A DNA stretch of 64,000 nucleotides, from NCBI GenBank assembly GCA_000146465.1, contig CP001945.1; one strand, 5' to 3'. This document shows, one piece after another, positions 20,731 to 31,225 of this stretch. The notes below the pieces were generated by a model, which was given only the letters and a program-made list of their open reading frames with translations, did no database searches and had not been told where the DNA came from. Position 1 is the stretch's first letter; every line of letters starts with the position of its first letter. A program made the translations under genes and the position numbers.

Positions 20731-21864
20731 TTGTTCTTGGTTTCACATGTTTACCCCCTTGAACACACCACGCCAATGAGCATAAACTTAGGTGACATAT
20801 TTACAATATCCGGGAGAAGACAATCACAAAAAGAGGATAGATACACAAAGAGTACAATGGGAATACACACAAATGTTCTGGCCAGCATAAGGCTTATGAC
20901 ATCTTCCCGAAGCACTCGGATAGAAAACAGACATATTGACACGTCTCCACATAGGATACTGGATGCACCAGGTATGCTGGACGACTATTACCTCAACTTG
21001 CTCGACTGGAGCACCACAAATCTTCTGGTAATAGGGCTGGGAGAGTCTGTCTATGGATATAATGCCGTTGACAAAAGTGTAGTCGATATCCATTCTGGGG
21101 AGAATTATGTGTCATCGGTAAAAAGCAATGGAAACATCCTTTGCATTGGTACTTCAGACGGAGCGATGCGCCTTGTAGACACCTCGGTGAATAAGGAGAT
21201 AAATACAATAAGAAATCACCAAGCCAGAGTCTCATCGTTGAGTTGGAATGGAAACATAATAAGTAGTGGAGACAAAGCGGGAAAGTTATGCAACTTCGAC
21301 ACAAGATGCGGAAAAATCTCTATGGTTGGAGCCCATTCCCAGGAAATATGTGGCCTGGCATGGAGTGCAGATATGAAATATCTTGCTAGCGGGGGAAATG
21401 ATAATGTTATAAGAATATGGCAATTGGGAAACAACAATTCGCAAACGCTTTTAGGGCATAAATCTGCTGTTAAGGCTCTTGCGTGGTGTCCTTGGAGATC
21501 GGGGATATTGACTTCTGGAGGAGGAGCAAAGGATATGACCATAAAGTTTTGGGATGTTGCCGAAAATAGGCTGGAAAGAAGCATAAGCACACAGTCTCAG
21601 GTGTGTACCCTCACATATCTCCCCAAGTATAAAGAAATCATCTCCTCGCACGGATACAGTGAAAACGACATTCGAATATGGAAGACTTCCACAATGAATC
21701 TAATCTCTTCCTTCGGGAAGCACGGGTCGAGAGTTCTTCACGTAGCTCTAAGTCCTGATGGATCGGAACTGGCCTCGGTATCTGCAGATGAAAACTTGAA
21801 GTTCTGGAAGATATTCAACACAGAAAAAGCATCTGTAAGAAGAGACAGCCTCTCGTTTAGGTAA
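20731..21864 (+). CDS. CDC20: APC/C co-activator of the Cdc20/Cdh1 (Fizzy) family, WD40 propeller
   Basis: Signature RILDAPGMLDDYYLNLLDWS followed by seven WD repeats (…LASGGNDNVIRIW…). The start may be an internal Met. Confidence 0.8.
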   Translation: MFLVSHVYPLEHTTPMSINLGDIFTISGRRQSQKEDRYTKSTMGIHTNVLASIRLMTSSRSTRIENRHIDTSPHRILDAPGMLDDYYLNLLDWSTTNLLVIGLGESVYGYNAVDKSVVDIHSGENYVSSVKSNGNILCIGTSDGAMRLVDTSVNKEINTIRNHQARVSSLSWNGNIISSGDKAGKLCNFDTRCGKISMVGAHSQEICGLAWSADMKYLASGGNDNVIRIWQLGNNNSQTLLGHKSAVKALAWCPWRSGILTSGGGAKDMTIKFWDVAENRLERSISTQSQVCTLTYLPKYKEIISSHGYSENDIRIWKTSTMNLISSFGKHGSRVLHVALSPDGSELASVSADENLKFWKIFNTEKASVRRDSLSFR

Positions 21865-21953
21865 AGTGCAACTCTCGGAATGCTGTGCAACGGCATAGAT
21901 CTGTATGGATAGGCGAGAGTCTATAAGTTATATTTTAATTAAAGCTTTCAAAA

Positions 21954-23726
21954 CTACAGACACAAACCAGTGTGGCCCATACTTCCCTCTTCGTAGTAGA
22001 CGTCGCATTCAGTGAGAGGCTTATCGTCATATAGCAGAGAAAGATTATTTTCGAGGGAGTCCTCATTTCTTCCGTTGTCTATGAGCTTAACGATTGTCTC
22101 TATTGCTTCCACCTTGCTCATCTCACCAATGAGGGTAAGCAGTGTGGACTTCCTGATCTTTGGTGAATTCACTGCTCTTTCATAGATTTCGTCGACTCTT
22201 TTAGAAAGACCCTGGGGAGTATCAACAATAAGATTAACCATTCGATATTTGTTGTACAGTCTTTCACGCCTGTTTCTTGAAGTTGAGAAAATACAAAGAT
22301 TATACATCAGCATCTCATCTACAGTAATCTTTTCTATATATGTAATCGTAGGAGCAAGAATATTCAAGATGGAAGAGTTGATATTCCCCACAAGGGAAAC
22401 CGAGGATACCTCTCTGTCCAGTACAACTAGCAGGATGTATTTGTTCTTGGCCAAAACATCTTTGTTCCTTGCTATCGCCTGGTTCCTCCACTTAACGAGG
22501 TATTCTCTCAACGCATTTAGGAACATGATTCTAGAGAACACTTCAATAGTGGTCTTCCTAATAATCTCTTCAAGTATGGAAACACATATTTTCCTTACAA
22601 CGGTCTTTCTCTCTACAGAGCCCAATCTTTCCTTGTCTTTCGGGAACTTATTACAAAGGGACTCCTTGGAGATATTCAATTTTTTCCAAAGCACTGCAGA
22701 GAGAATATATGACAGGATTTGATAATCCACCGCCCCATGGAGCATAAAAACAACTGGCTTCTTCACATTTGTTTCTATCTTTCTGCTTTTAGGAACTACT
22801 TTATCATATTCCTCTCCACATCCCTTTTCCTCAAAATCCACCTTTCCTCCCCTAATGGGGATCCCCTTGTCTCGAAAGAGATCTTCGGCCTCTGCCTCAC
22901 TAGTCAACAGGACATCTCCAAAAAATCCAATCTTCACTTTTTCTACAAGGGACTTCTTAAACAGTTGCACACACTTTCCTCTAACTTCTCCTATAAAGGA
23001 TTGCGCCAGGCAGAATGAAATATAGTCAAGTTTTCGCAGAAGCCTGAAGAATCCCGCCCCATTTCCTTGCATGTACTTCTTTGTGATTTCCATCGATAAC
23101 CTTATTCTTGGCCCATCATCCTGTTCTCCCGAATCTAAAACATATTTCTCGCACATTGAGGCTAGAATGTGATAACAGTAGAACTCTTCTTTGTTCCTAT
23201 TTTCATAACCTCGGCTTTCTAAGCTATACAACCGCATAAGAGTTTCCATTGCCATCCTAAGCTGGCTTAAATTTAAATCCTTATTGAACTGAGGATGATC
23301 ATACAGCTGGTATCTAAAGACAATGTAAAACCTGACAACCTTCTCAAGTATCTCAATTGCCTCCCTTCCTCTTTCTTCTTGGACCTTCATGTCTAGTAAG
23401 ACTGCTCTGATTCTGTTCTCTACAAATTTGTATATTTGAATACTCTGGTCATCTGCACACAGTCTGATGACATGGTTTATTACTCTCCATAATACTTCAA
23501 TTGGCCTTATATCTTCTGCAAGAACTCCTCCCGAGTCCGGAAACGATTTCCGATACTTCTTTACCATAACCTCTGTCTCGTAAGGAGATACTTCATTATT
23601 AAGAACTCGCTCGAGACCTTCAAACTCAGGACAAAACGTTATGCATTCTCCTATCACTACTTTTCCCTTCTTGGTATTTCTGCGTTTCTCCTGCAGTCTT
23701 TTGTACCTTACTCTTAAGTCCTCCAT
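21954..23726 (-). CDS. SAC3: SAC3/GANP-domain protein (nuclear mRNA export / TREX-2-like)
   Basis: N-terminal GECITFCPEFEGLER matches the SAC3/GANP 'MCPxxE' signature. A long helical PCI-like region follows. Confidence 0.6.
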   Translation of the reverse strand: MEDLRVRYKRLQEKRRNTKKGKVVIGECITFCPEFEGLERVLNNEVSPYETEVMVKKYRKSFPDSGGVLAEDIRPIEVLWRVINHVIRLCADDQSIQIYKFVENRIRAVLLDMKVQEERGREAIEILEKVVRFYIVFRYQLYDHPQFNKDLNLSQLRMAMETLMRLYSLESRGYENRNKEEFYCYHILASMCEKYVLDSGEQDDGPRIRLSMEITKKYMQGNGAGFFRLLRKLDYISFCLAQSFIGEVRGKCVQLFKKSLVEKVKIGFFGDVLLTSEAEAEDLFRDKGIPIRGGKVDFEEKGCGEEYDKVVPKSRKIETNVKKPVVFMLHGAVDYQILSYILSAVLWKKLNISKESLCNKFPKDKERLGSVERKTVVRKICVSILEEIIRKTTIEVFSRIMFLNALREYLVKWRNQAIARNKDVLAKNKYILLVVLDREVSSVSLVGNINSSILNILAPTITYIEKITVDEMLMYNLCIFSTSRNRRERLYNKYRMVNLIVDTPQGLSKRVDEIYERAVNSPKIRKSTLLTLIGEMSKVEAIETIVKLIDNGRNEDSLENNLSLLYDDKPLTECDVYYEEGSMGHTGLCL

Positions 23727-23795
23727 TGAAAACAGGGGATCGATAACTCATTAGGACATTTTCAACAGCAGTACATCCGCAAATAAATATCAAGT

Positions 23796-24476
23796 TCAAG
23801 CAATAGAATCCGCATTAAATCCTATTCTCTTTCCTATGGATCCAAGAACACTTTTGCTTACGTTCAGCCGATAGCTGTCTCCATTCCTGACCACAAGAAG
23901 TTTACCAACAAGCCCATTAAGCTTCATCTGTAGGAAAAAGCCGTTTCCTAATTTACTTTCGATTTCTTTGCAACCACTCAAGATATCCTTAAACTTATTT
24001 CTGTTCTTTACAACAAGCATTATTACACTTTCAAAGTAATCGAGTCCACTCCCAAAATAACTTTCTATCGTCCATTCTTCCCCTTGGGAAATCCTCCGAA
24101 GCTCATTAATGTTTTTATAACTATATGCTTGGACCGTATATTTGTCCCCAACTGCAGCAAGCTTCTCTTCCAGCGTTGGACTGAATACAATCTGAACAAA
24201 GTCTCTATGTCGTCTGTTACCAAACAGAACATATTTCCCTGGGCTAGGAAGATATATCTTTGAGTCTTCAAGTATGAGAACAAGATCTTCTGACTCTTCG
24301 ATCATAGAGCTAAAGCACTTTTTATATACCACCTTTCTCTCCCTTAAAGCCGCTTCAAATGTGTCAAGAGACTCCAGAGTCACAATCTGGATCTTAAAGT
24401 ATCTTTCGTTTCCCACCACTTCAAAGAAAGCCCTTAGGGACTCAAAGTTGGCCGGATAGGTGGATCCAGGCTCCAT
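23796..24476 (-). CDS. Hypothetical protein (226 aa)
   Basis: Intact ORF that shares a 47-bp divergent promoter with the acyltransferase gene. No recognisable motifs. Confidence 0.4.
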   Translation of the reverse strand: MEPGSTYPANFESLRAFFEVVGNERYFKIQIVTLESLDTFEAALRERKVVYKKCFSSMIEESEDLVLILEDSKIYLPSPGKYVLFGNRRHRDFVQIVFSPTLEEKLAAVGDKYTVQAYSYKNINELRRISQGEEWTIESYFGSGLDYFESVIMLVVKNRNKFKDILSGCKEIESKLGNGFFLQMKLNGLVGKLLVVRNGDSYRLNVSKSVLGSIGKRIGFNADSIA

Positions 24477-24523
24477 TTTACACTAGGGGTCCCCGTAAAT
24501 TGCGGAACTAAAAAACCCATATA

Positions 24524-25363
24524 ATGAAAAAGGTTCCTAAAATATTACTCAAGCTGGTGATTTTTCAAGGAATAATAGTGCTATTTCTTCTTGGAATTCC
24601 GTTTTCCATATTTGCTTATCCTCTCTACATATTTAACAGACCGCTATGTATTCAACTATCAAGCTTCTTTGCATACACTCTGTGGACCTTGACAAGCTGG
24701 ATGTTCAATCTATCAAGCACTGTAAATGGTGCCGTTTCCCTTGGGAACGAAAGTTACTTGGTTATAAGCAACCACTTAGGATCTGTAGATTTCATCCTAA
24801 TTAATGAAATAACCAGGAAAAGCGGAATGATGGCCCACGCAAAGTATGCAATTAAGGACGGCCTTCGGATTTTCCCCATATTCTACCAAATCGTTGTTTA
24901 TCTTGGATTTCTTGTCTTGAAAAGAAGCTTTGAGAAAGATAAGAAGAAGATTATAGAATATTTAAGATTTTTCGACGTCTCAAATCTTCCGATATGGTTT
25001 GTTCTCTATCCTGAAGGATCCCGATTCACAGAAAAGCTGAAACTTGAGAGTTGGAGATATTCCGATAAGAAAGGAATGATAAGACTCAACAACGTGCTTT
25101 TTCCCAGATACAAAGGATTTAAACTCATATGTGAACAGCTCCGAAACTCCCGAATAAAGAAGATTGTGGACATCACATTCTCTTATTCGGAGGGAGAGGT
25201 TCCTCCCCTGTGGAAGTTTCTTTTTTGGGATACGAAAGGCTCGTTCAACTGTGACATCAGAACTGTCCTGATCAACGAGATAGATGACTATGAAGAGTTC
25301 CTCTACAAGAGCTTTGAGAGGAAAGACCTCCTCATAGAAAAGTGGAATAGCACAGGAAAGTAA
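24524..25363 (+). CDS. Lysophospholipid acyltransferase, 1-acylglycerol-3-phosphate O-acyltransferase (AGPAT/LPLAT) family
   Basis: Acyltransferase motif I ISNHLGSVDF (NHx4D) and motif III LYPEGSRFT (PEGTR-like). N-terminal TM helices. Confidence 0.7.
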   Translation: MKKVPKILLKLVIFQGIIVLFLLGIPFSIFAYPLYIFNRPLCIQLSSFFAYTLWTLTSWMFNLSSTVNGAVSLGNESYLVISNHLGSVDFILINEITRKSGMMAHAKYAIKDGLRIFPIFYQIVVYLGFLVLKRSFEKDKKKIIEYLRFFDVSNLPIWFVLYPEGSRFTEKLKLESWRYSDKKGMIRLNNVLFPRYKGFKLICEQLRNSRIKKIVDITFSYSEGEVPPLWKFLFWDTKGSFNCDIRTVLINEIDDYEEFLYKSFERKDLLIEKWNSTGK

Positions 25364-25389
25364 ACTGTAAAAGAATTCCGTATTTATTC

Positions 25390-27996
25390 TTAAAGGTACA
25401 GACTTGGCAGGAATATAATATCCCTCTTCATGGATGCAGATGCATCTTCAATCTTTTTTTCTAGATCTTTATCTCCTATCATTGCAGATATACTTATCAA
25501 CTCCCTACAACATTCTTCAAGTCTCAATATTAGCCTTACAAAAGTCCCCTCGAGAACATCATATTTAGATACTATCTTTACCAGTGACGATCCATTGCAC
25601 CAATCATAAACTGCATCTACAAGGGAGAAATTCAAGGGCGGAAAAGGCGGAATAGATAATTCATCTAGGTCTTTGGATAGTCTCGCGAAATATTCCTTCA
25701 TTATTTCACATTCGCTGCGGAGACTCTCTCCTGGTTCTTCTTCTCCGCCTTCTTCATGTATCATTGAAGACATCAATGAAATGATTTTACGCCCACACAT
25801 CTCTTTGAATTCATTTGAGAATATCATCTCAACAACCAAAACCTCATTAACCGTATGTATCTCTGCTCCCGCTCTCCCCTTCATTGTTATGGTCCCGTCA
25901 ACAAATCCTTTCCTTCTGAGGAATTCCATCCTGTTGTTATACTCATCTATCATCCCAAGGCTACAAGCATTATATTTTGTGCTTATCTTTTCTATTTCCT
26001 TTCTTCTGTGAAGCATATCTAATGCACTTAAGTAGTGAAGATCAAACTCCTTGCAGTCCTTCTCTTCGGATATTAGGTAATCATACCAACTCTTGAGTTT
26101 TCTTATCTCCAGCACATCCATTACATTTGTCGTATTATAGTTCCAGAAAGCCCTCCCATCTTCCAGTACACAGAAAACATCTGCAAGATCAACTTTACTT
26201 CTATCCAGAGGCTTTCTGATGTTTAGGGGATGAGCCAGAAACCTTGTGGAAATTGGAGAGCTACTCTGGAATTCCCCTTCTTGCTTCAGAAGCACAGACG
26301 TTCCCAAAACCTTCTCAACAGTTCCTACGGAGTTATTCTTCAATAGAATCTGTCTTCCCTCCCCCAAAACGTTGTATTTTCCAATTAATTTCCAATTCTT
26401 AGCGCATATCTCCTCAACAGCATTGATGTACTTTGCCAGGTCTCCACATACACTGCACTCTTTCCCTTGGTAACGCTCTAGTTCAGACAGTTTTTTCATA
26501 TCCTTCTCATAGTTCCTCTGGCTCCTATGCTCCCCATAACTTCTTCTCATTAGGTCTTCCACCCTAATGTTTGATCTTAGTGATATAAGAATAAGGCCAA
26601 AGCTTAGCTTAAATTGACTGGATAGGCTGAATGGTGCACCTTGTATAATCCCTTGAATAGTTGAAAGAGGTGGCATTTTTGGATCTGCTATCATCACTGT
26701 TCCTACTGCATCCATCCCTCGTCTCCCAGCTCTTCCACTCATCTGAATGTACTCTCCAGACGAGACATATCGGAAGGTTCCATTATCGATTTTACTAAGA
26801 GATAAAAACACACAGCATTTGGCTGGCATGTTCACTCCCATTGCAAATGTTTCAGTAGCTATAAGGAGTTTGACCAGGTTCATGGAAAAGAGAAGCTCCA
26901 CACATTCCTTAACAAAGGGGAGTAGAGAACCGTGATGCACTGCAACTCCATTAAGCACCATCGAAGACATGTTAAGAACCTGAGGCAAGTTCTTATCCTC
27001 GGAAGAGAGGCACTTGGTGGCCTCGTTGAGAAACATCTTTACTTCCTCTCTACTTTTTGCATCGTTCAAGTTCAAAGTCCTGAGGATCTCGGCATAATCT
27101 TCGCACCTTCTTTTTGAAAAGCAAAAGAATATCGCTGGAGTAAGCTTTTTCTTGACAACAAAATTGGCCAGGTCCAGTATCTTAAACTTCCCCGTAGGCC
27201 TATTCTTCTTGCTGAAAGGAACTAAATCTCCCTTGAAATTCGATGCATTTTCTGTTTTTCCTCCTTCATTAATGGTATACACATTCCAGTCGCAATATAT
27301 CACATGCTCCAAAGGAACTGCCCTTTTCCCTGTCGAAATCACATATATTGTCCGATCCTTTGTCCTTCCTACCCACTCACTAAACTCCAGGCCGTTGGGA
27401 ATTGTTGCACTTAGCATAATGAAGTTTATATTGCGAGGAATCATGATTATACATTCCTCCCACACAACTCCTCTTTCAGAATCGTTGATGTAATGAACCT
27501 CGTCAAACACAACAAACTCTGTGTCTCTCAAAAGATCTCCATTTCTGTACACAAGGTTCCGAAGAATCTCAGTCGTCATCACAAGGCATTTCGCAGTGGG
27601 GTTAACCTGCACATCCCCCGTAATAATTCCAACGTCGTCGTACTTCTGCTTGAAGTCGTGGTACTTTTGATTGCTCAATGCCTTGATGGGCGATGTATAA
27701 ATAGTCCTTGTCCCATGCTTCTGTGACAGAGAGATGGCATATTCGGCCACAAGAGTCTTTCCGGAACTTGTATGCGCAGAAACGAAAACAGATGAGTTCC
27801 TGCTTAAAAAATAAAATGCCTGCTTCTGGAAAGTATCGGTCTCAAAGTCTATGTTCAGAATCCTCTCGTCAACATACTGTGAATAGTCCGAGGGAATCCA
27901 GTTTTGCTTCACCATCACCGAATACTTTTTTTCCGTGCCTTTGGCTTCCGCTCCAGAGACATTCCTACATTCCACCTCTTCCCCGTTTTGGTTCAT
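25390..27996 (-). CDS. MTR4: Ski2/Mtr4-family DExH RNA helicase (exosome cofactor; probably Mtr4)
   Basis: Helicase motifs SAHTSSGKT (I), VVFDEVHY (II, DEVH), SAT (III), HHGSLLP, QMSGRAGRRG (VI). C-terminal DSHCT-like region ending …LPSLYL, as in Mtr4/Ski2. Confidence 0.85.
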   Translation of the reverse strand: MNQNGEEVECRNVSGAEAKGTEKKYSVMVKQNWIPSDYSQYVDERILNIDFETDTFQKQAFYFLSRNSSVFVSAHTSSGKTLVAEYAISLSQKHGTRTIYTSPIKALSNQKYHDFKQKYDDVGIITGDVQVNPTAKCLVMTTEILRNLVYRNGDLLRDTEFVVFDEVHYINDSERGVVWEECIIMIPRNINFIMLSATIPNGLEFSEWVGRTKDRTIYVISTGKRAVPLEHVIYCDWNVYTINEGGKTENASNFKGDLVPFSKKNRPTGKFKILDLANFVVKKKLTPAIFFCFSKRRCEDYAEILRTLNLNDAKSREEVKMFLNEATKCLSSEDKNLPQVLNMSSMVLNGVAVHHGSLLPFVKECVELLFSMNLVKLLIATETFAMGVNMPAKCCVFLSLSKIDNGTFRYVSSGEYIQMSGRAGRRGMDAVGTVMIADPKMPPLSTIQGIIQGAPFSLSSQFKLSFGLILISLRSNIRVEDLMRRSYGEHRSQRNYEKDMKKLSELERYQGKECSVCGDLAKYINAVEEICAKNWKLIGKYNVLGEGRQILLKNNSVGTVEKVLGTSVLLKQEGEFQSSSPISTRFLAHPLNIRKPLDRSKVDLADVFCVLEDGRAFWNYNTTNVMDVLEIRKLKSWYDYLISEEKDCKEFDLHYLSALDMLHRRKEIEKISTKYNACSLGMIDEYNNRMEFLRRKGFVDGTITMKGRAGAEIHTVNEVLVVEMIFSNEFKEMCGRKIISLMSSMIHEEGGEEEPGESLRSECEIMKEYFARLSKDLDELSIPPFPPLNFSLVDAVYDWCNGSSLVKIVSKYDVLEGTFVRLILRLEECCRELISISAMIGDKDLEKKIEDASASMKRDIIFLPSLYL

Positions 27997-28076
27997 GGGC
28001 TAGGCCCCACAGAACGTATTTCTGAAGAATAATTCCCTAAATTTCTCTGGCTCATCGTTAAATTTATTCACCAACT

Positions 28077-28961
28077 CTATCTCCTTCGGGAAGAAGCCTT
28101 TTCATTCGAATACTCGTAGTAACATCCAGCCCCCAACCGGTCCTTAATCTCTTCAAACTTCTCTGTAAATGCATTTGCATCTTCTTCATTGGCATATTCT
28201 ATAAATCCATATCCCCTATTTCTTTTGTTTTCTCCGTATATCACTCTTATCTCCTTCGGCTTACATTCGACGTCTGCAAGTATTTTCCTTATTTCGACAA
28301 TCGAATGGGCCTTGTTCAACTTTCCTAAAAAGAATCTTGTCTTGTTTTCCCAAGGCTTCTTCATCCTCTCTATATAAACAGGCTTGTTGTTCATTACAAT
28401 TTCCTCTTTGATCACAGCTTTTTTCTTGAAGGTTATAATCGCTTTACCCGTAGATATGTTATCCTTGTTCTTTTTTATTCTTATTCTCTCTATCTCTCCG
28501 TATTTTTCAAACACTTTTGAAATAGACTCTTCATTTTCTTTATAAGAGAGGTTGGTGAGTATGTATTTGTTGTCCAGATATCTTCCGCTGCTTTCTTTCT
28601 TTTCCTTCCCTTGCTTTCTGTTTGCTTTCATGTCTACAAGTGCATGTTCTTTGCTAGGATACTTCAAGATAAAATGGCCTTTTCCGTTTTCTATTGACTT
28701 GAAGTTTTTGAATGCTTCTTTTATGTCCTTCAAAGTCAGACTTCCCTTTATAACAAGAGAACATGTGGCCTCATCAAATTTAATGGCTTCAATATTCTTC
28801 TTCTTTTCCCTCGATATCTCATCCTTTTCTTTTTTTCCCTTAGAGCTTTCTTTCTTCTCCTTGCAACTTCTTGGGATATCTTCCCCCTTCAAACGTTTCT
28901 TATTCCCTTCCTTGCATTCAAGCTTACTCTTTCCTCTTCCTTCCTTTTTCATGCCATTCAT
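28077..28961 (-). CDS. RRM-domain RNA-binding protein with a Lys/Glu-rich N-terminus (nucleolar Nop12/Nsr1-like)
   Basis: RNP1-like RGYGFIEYANEEDA and a second RRM-like segment (KAIITFKKKAV). A highly basic KKEK low-complexity N-terminus. Confidence 0.55.
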   Translation of the reverse strand: MNGMKKEGRGKSKLECKEGNKKRLKGEDIPRSCKEKKESSKGKKEKDEISREKKKNIEAIKFDEATCSLVIKGSLTLKDIKEAFKNFKSIENGKGHFILKYPSKEHALVDMKANRKQGKEKKESSGRYLDNKYILTNLSYKENEESISKVFEKYGEIERIRIKKNKDNISTGKAIITFKKKAVIKEEIVMNNKPVYIERMKKPWENKTRFFLGKLNKAHSIVEIRKILADVECKPKEIRVIYGENKRNRGYGFIEYANEEDANAFTEKFEEIKDRLGAGCYYEYSNEKASSRRR

Positions 28962-29119
28962 ACTATATCTTCTAATGGGTTAATATATATCCAAAGAAAT
29001 AAGACTTCCTACATCCGCCGCATTAAAAGATTTATTAGATATGCTTTGTAATGCCTTCACCTACTTACAGAGCACTCCTCCCTACCCGTTAAAAGTGGCA
29101 AAAAATTTACCCTGAACAG

Positions 29120-29539
29120 ATGAGCAAGGAGCTTTTAGAAGCAAATCCCCTGGTTGAGATAAAGGAAGCTTACCAAAAGAAAAAGAAGTTCATCCGCCAC
29201 CACTCCGATAGGTATAAAAGAGTAAAGCCGTCCTGGAGAAAGCCTCATGGAATTGACAGTAGGGTCAGGAAGAGATGCCGGGGTGAAAGAGAAATGCCAT
29301 CCATCAAATACAAGAAGCCAAAGGAGATCAGACATCTTCTTCCAAATGGACTCAGAAAGGTGAGGATATTCAATATCAACGACCTTACTCCCCTAGCATC
29401 CTTGAACAGATTTTACTGTGGAGAGATTGCACATGCAGTAGGAGCTAGAAAGAGAATAGCCATCGTCAATCGAGCAAAGGAGCTTGGAATTTGCTTGTTG
29501 AACGGAAACGCACGTCTTGTTCAGGAAATCGAGGAATAA
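29120..29539 (+). CDS. RPL32: 60S ribosomal protein L32 (eL32)
   Basis: [34 protein letters not shown]…[14 protein letters not shown] is colinear with eL32. Confidence 0.9.
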   Translation: MSKELLEANPLVEIKEAYQKKKKFIRHHSDRYKRVKPSWRKPHGIDSRVRKRCRGEREMPSIKYKKPKEIRHLLPNGLRKVRIFNINDLTPLASLNRFYCGEIAHAVGARKRIAIVNRAKELGICLLNGNARLVQEIEE

Positions 29540-29616
29540 AACTTCAGCTGCTTTACTTCTTGTTATCCTAAGGGAAGATTTATTTAATACCGAGAAAAAT
29601 ATCCTCTGACATTCAA

Positions 29617-30378
29617 ATGAATTTAATATCCGCTTCCGATAGAGATATTATCGTCCGCATGGATGAGACTTTGATAGTGAGGGATGTCTTCAGCGGCACC
29701 ACAAGGAAAATGACTGCGCCTCCTCTGATATCCTTTATGTCTGGAAAGTATTTAGTTGACAAAGAAAAAAATTTGCATGTTGTTGACGGACCTGTTCTTA
29801 GGAACGCTTCCAAGCTAAACAGAAACATCTTTTGTTTAGTAGAGCATGAGGGAACTGCATATGTTGCAGATAGGTTTGGAGACGTCTACAGAATTGAAAA
29901 TGAAGGATGCAAATATGTGCTTGGAACTCTATCGTATTTGACGGGAATGGCTATATACAACGGAAGGATTCTATTAAGTGATAAGTACGGAAGAATTCGC
30001 ATCAGTGAAATGAATGGAAGAATATTGGACTATCGCTTTGGCTGCGACTCTATAGAATCTTTGGAATGTGTTAATGGACTCCTGATTTCAATAAGCAATA
30101 AGAATATGGTTCTATATGACGAAGAGTGTTTTCCCAGATGTACGTTTAAGCTTCCCGAAGGCATAAGAGTTATGAAGACCATTACTAAAGGAAAGAACGA
30201 GCTTGTAGTCATTTGCTTGAATTCCTATTTCTTGTTTAAGATAGAGAAAAATAGCATTGGACTTGTTTCTCATGTGAAAGAATCCATAGTTGATGGGGCC
30301 TGCATCGGAGATCTCTTTTACAAGGTGCTTCCGGATCTCACCGTTGTGGATTGCCAGGGCAGGATCTTCTATGAATAA
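29617..30378 (+). CDS. Hypothetical protein (253 aa), possibly beta-propeller-like
   Basis: Intact ORF with repetitive GR(I)L…D…G strand-like segments. No diagnostic motif. Confidence 0.4.
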   Translation: MNLISASDRDIIVRMDETLIVRDVFSGTTRKMTAPPLISFMSGKYLVDKEKNLHVVDGPVLRNASKLNRNIFCLVEHEGTAYVADRFGDVYRIENEGCKYVLGTLSYLTGMAIYNGRILLSDKYGRIRISEMNGRILDYRFGCDSIESLECVNGLLISISNKNMVLYDEECFPRCTFKLPEGIRVMKTITKGKNELVVICLNSYFLFKIEKNSIGLVSHVKESIVDGACIGDLFYKVLPDLTVVDCQGRIFYE

Positions 30379-30402
30379 ACATTAGTTAATCTTGGTACAG
30401 AA

Positions 30403-31164
30403 TTGATATTCTCGACTATTTATCACTTCTGTCTTCAACACCCTATGGGTAATAGCAAAAGGCATAAGACTGAAAGCTCCCCTAACATCGTGGAAAGTAC
30501 AGAGAGCGGCACCTATTCGGAATCAGTCTCCTTGGAATCTTCATCCGACGAAATTGTTTACGAGGTGGCAGATCTCTCGGTATCCAACTGGACGGATGTA
30601 TCTATACTTATGGACCAGTCCAGGATGTTTCCCTCTTCGGAAGAGTTTCTTTCATTATTTGTCAATTCCAAGGTCTTAGTAAGCGGGGATCTTATTCTCT
30701 CCTTTTGTGGTTTTCTTGAGGTGCCCAAGGTCCTTGAAATGATACACAAGAAGCTCAGGGAAGCTCTTAGCTCTTTGATTTCGACGGCAGAAAAGAACAA
30801 AATCAAAAGTAGCGAGGTTTATATATTCTATATGGAAAGGGCAGCCAATCTTCCTTTGGAAATGATTTTGAGCCTGTACAGGAGCCTTTCCTTAGGAAGA
30901 TTCAAGTACATGATATTTGTCTCGAGAGTTAAGCCGTGTGGAAAAAGAGAGGTAAAGAATCTCATGGAAGACTTCAAGGAGTATAACCCAGTGGACTTGA
31001 GCCATATCCCTGTGCGAGGAGAAGAGATCTTGCTACTATCATCCCACATAGCTAAGAAGCAGATTGGAATGAACAATAATATATTCCGACTGTTTTTGAT
31101 GGACAGGAAGATGTTTGAATCGTTTATAAAGCTCTTCGAAAAAGAAATCTCCAAAAGCATATAG
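30403..31164 (+). CDS. Hypothetical protein (start possibly at Met 30445, MGNSKRHK)
   Basis: Intact ORF with an acidic/Ser-rich N-terminus. No recognisable domain. Confidence 0.4.
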   Translation: MIFSTIYHFCLQHPMGNSKRHKTESSPNIVESTESGTYSESVSLESSSDEIVYEVADLSVSNWTDVSILMDQSRMFPSSEEFLSLFVNSKVLVSGDLILSFCGFLEVPKVLEMIHKKLREALSSLISTAEKNKIKSSEVYIFYMERAANLPLEMILSLYRSLSLGRFKYMIFVSRVKPCGKREVKNLMEDFKEYNPVDLSHIPVRGEEILLLSSHIAKKQIGMNNNIFRLFLMDRKMFESFIKLFEKEISKSI

Positions 31165-31225
31165 AATAAATAATGATTGACCAAATACAATTCTTATTTT
31201 CTATTTCCCTCTTGTTTCCCTGGGA

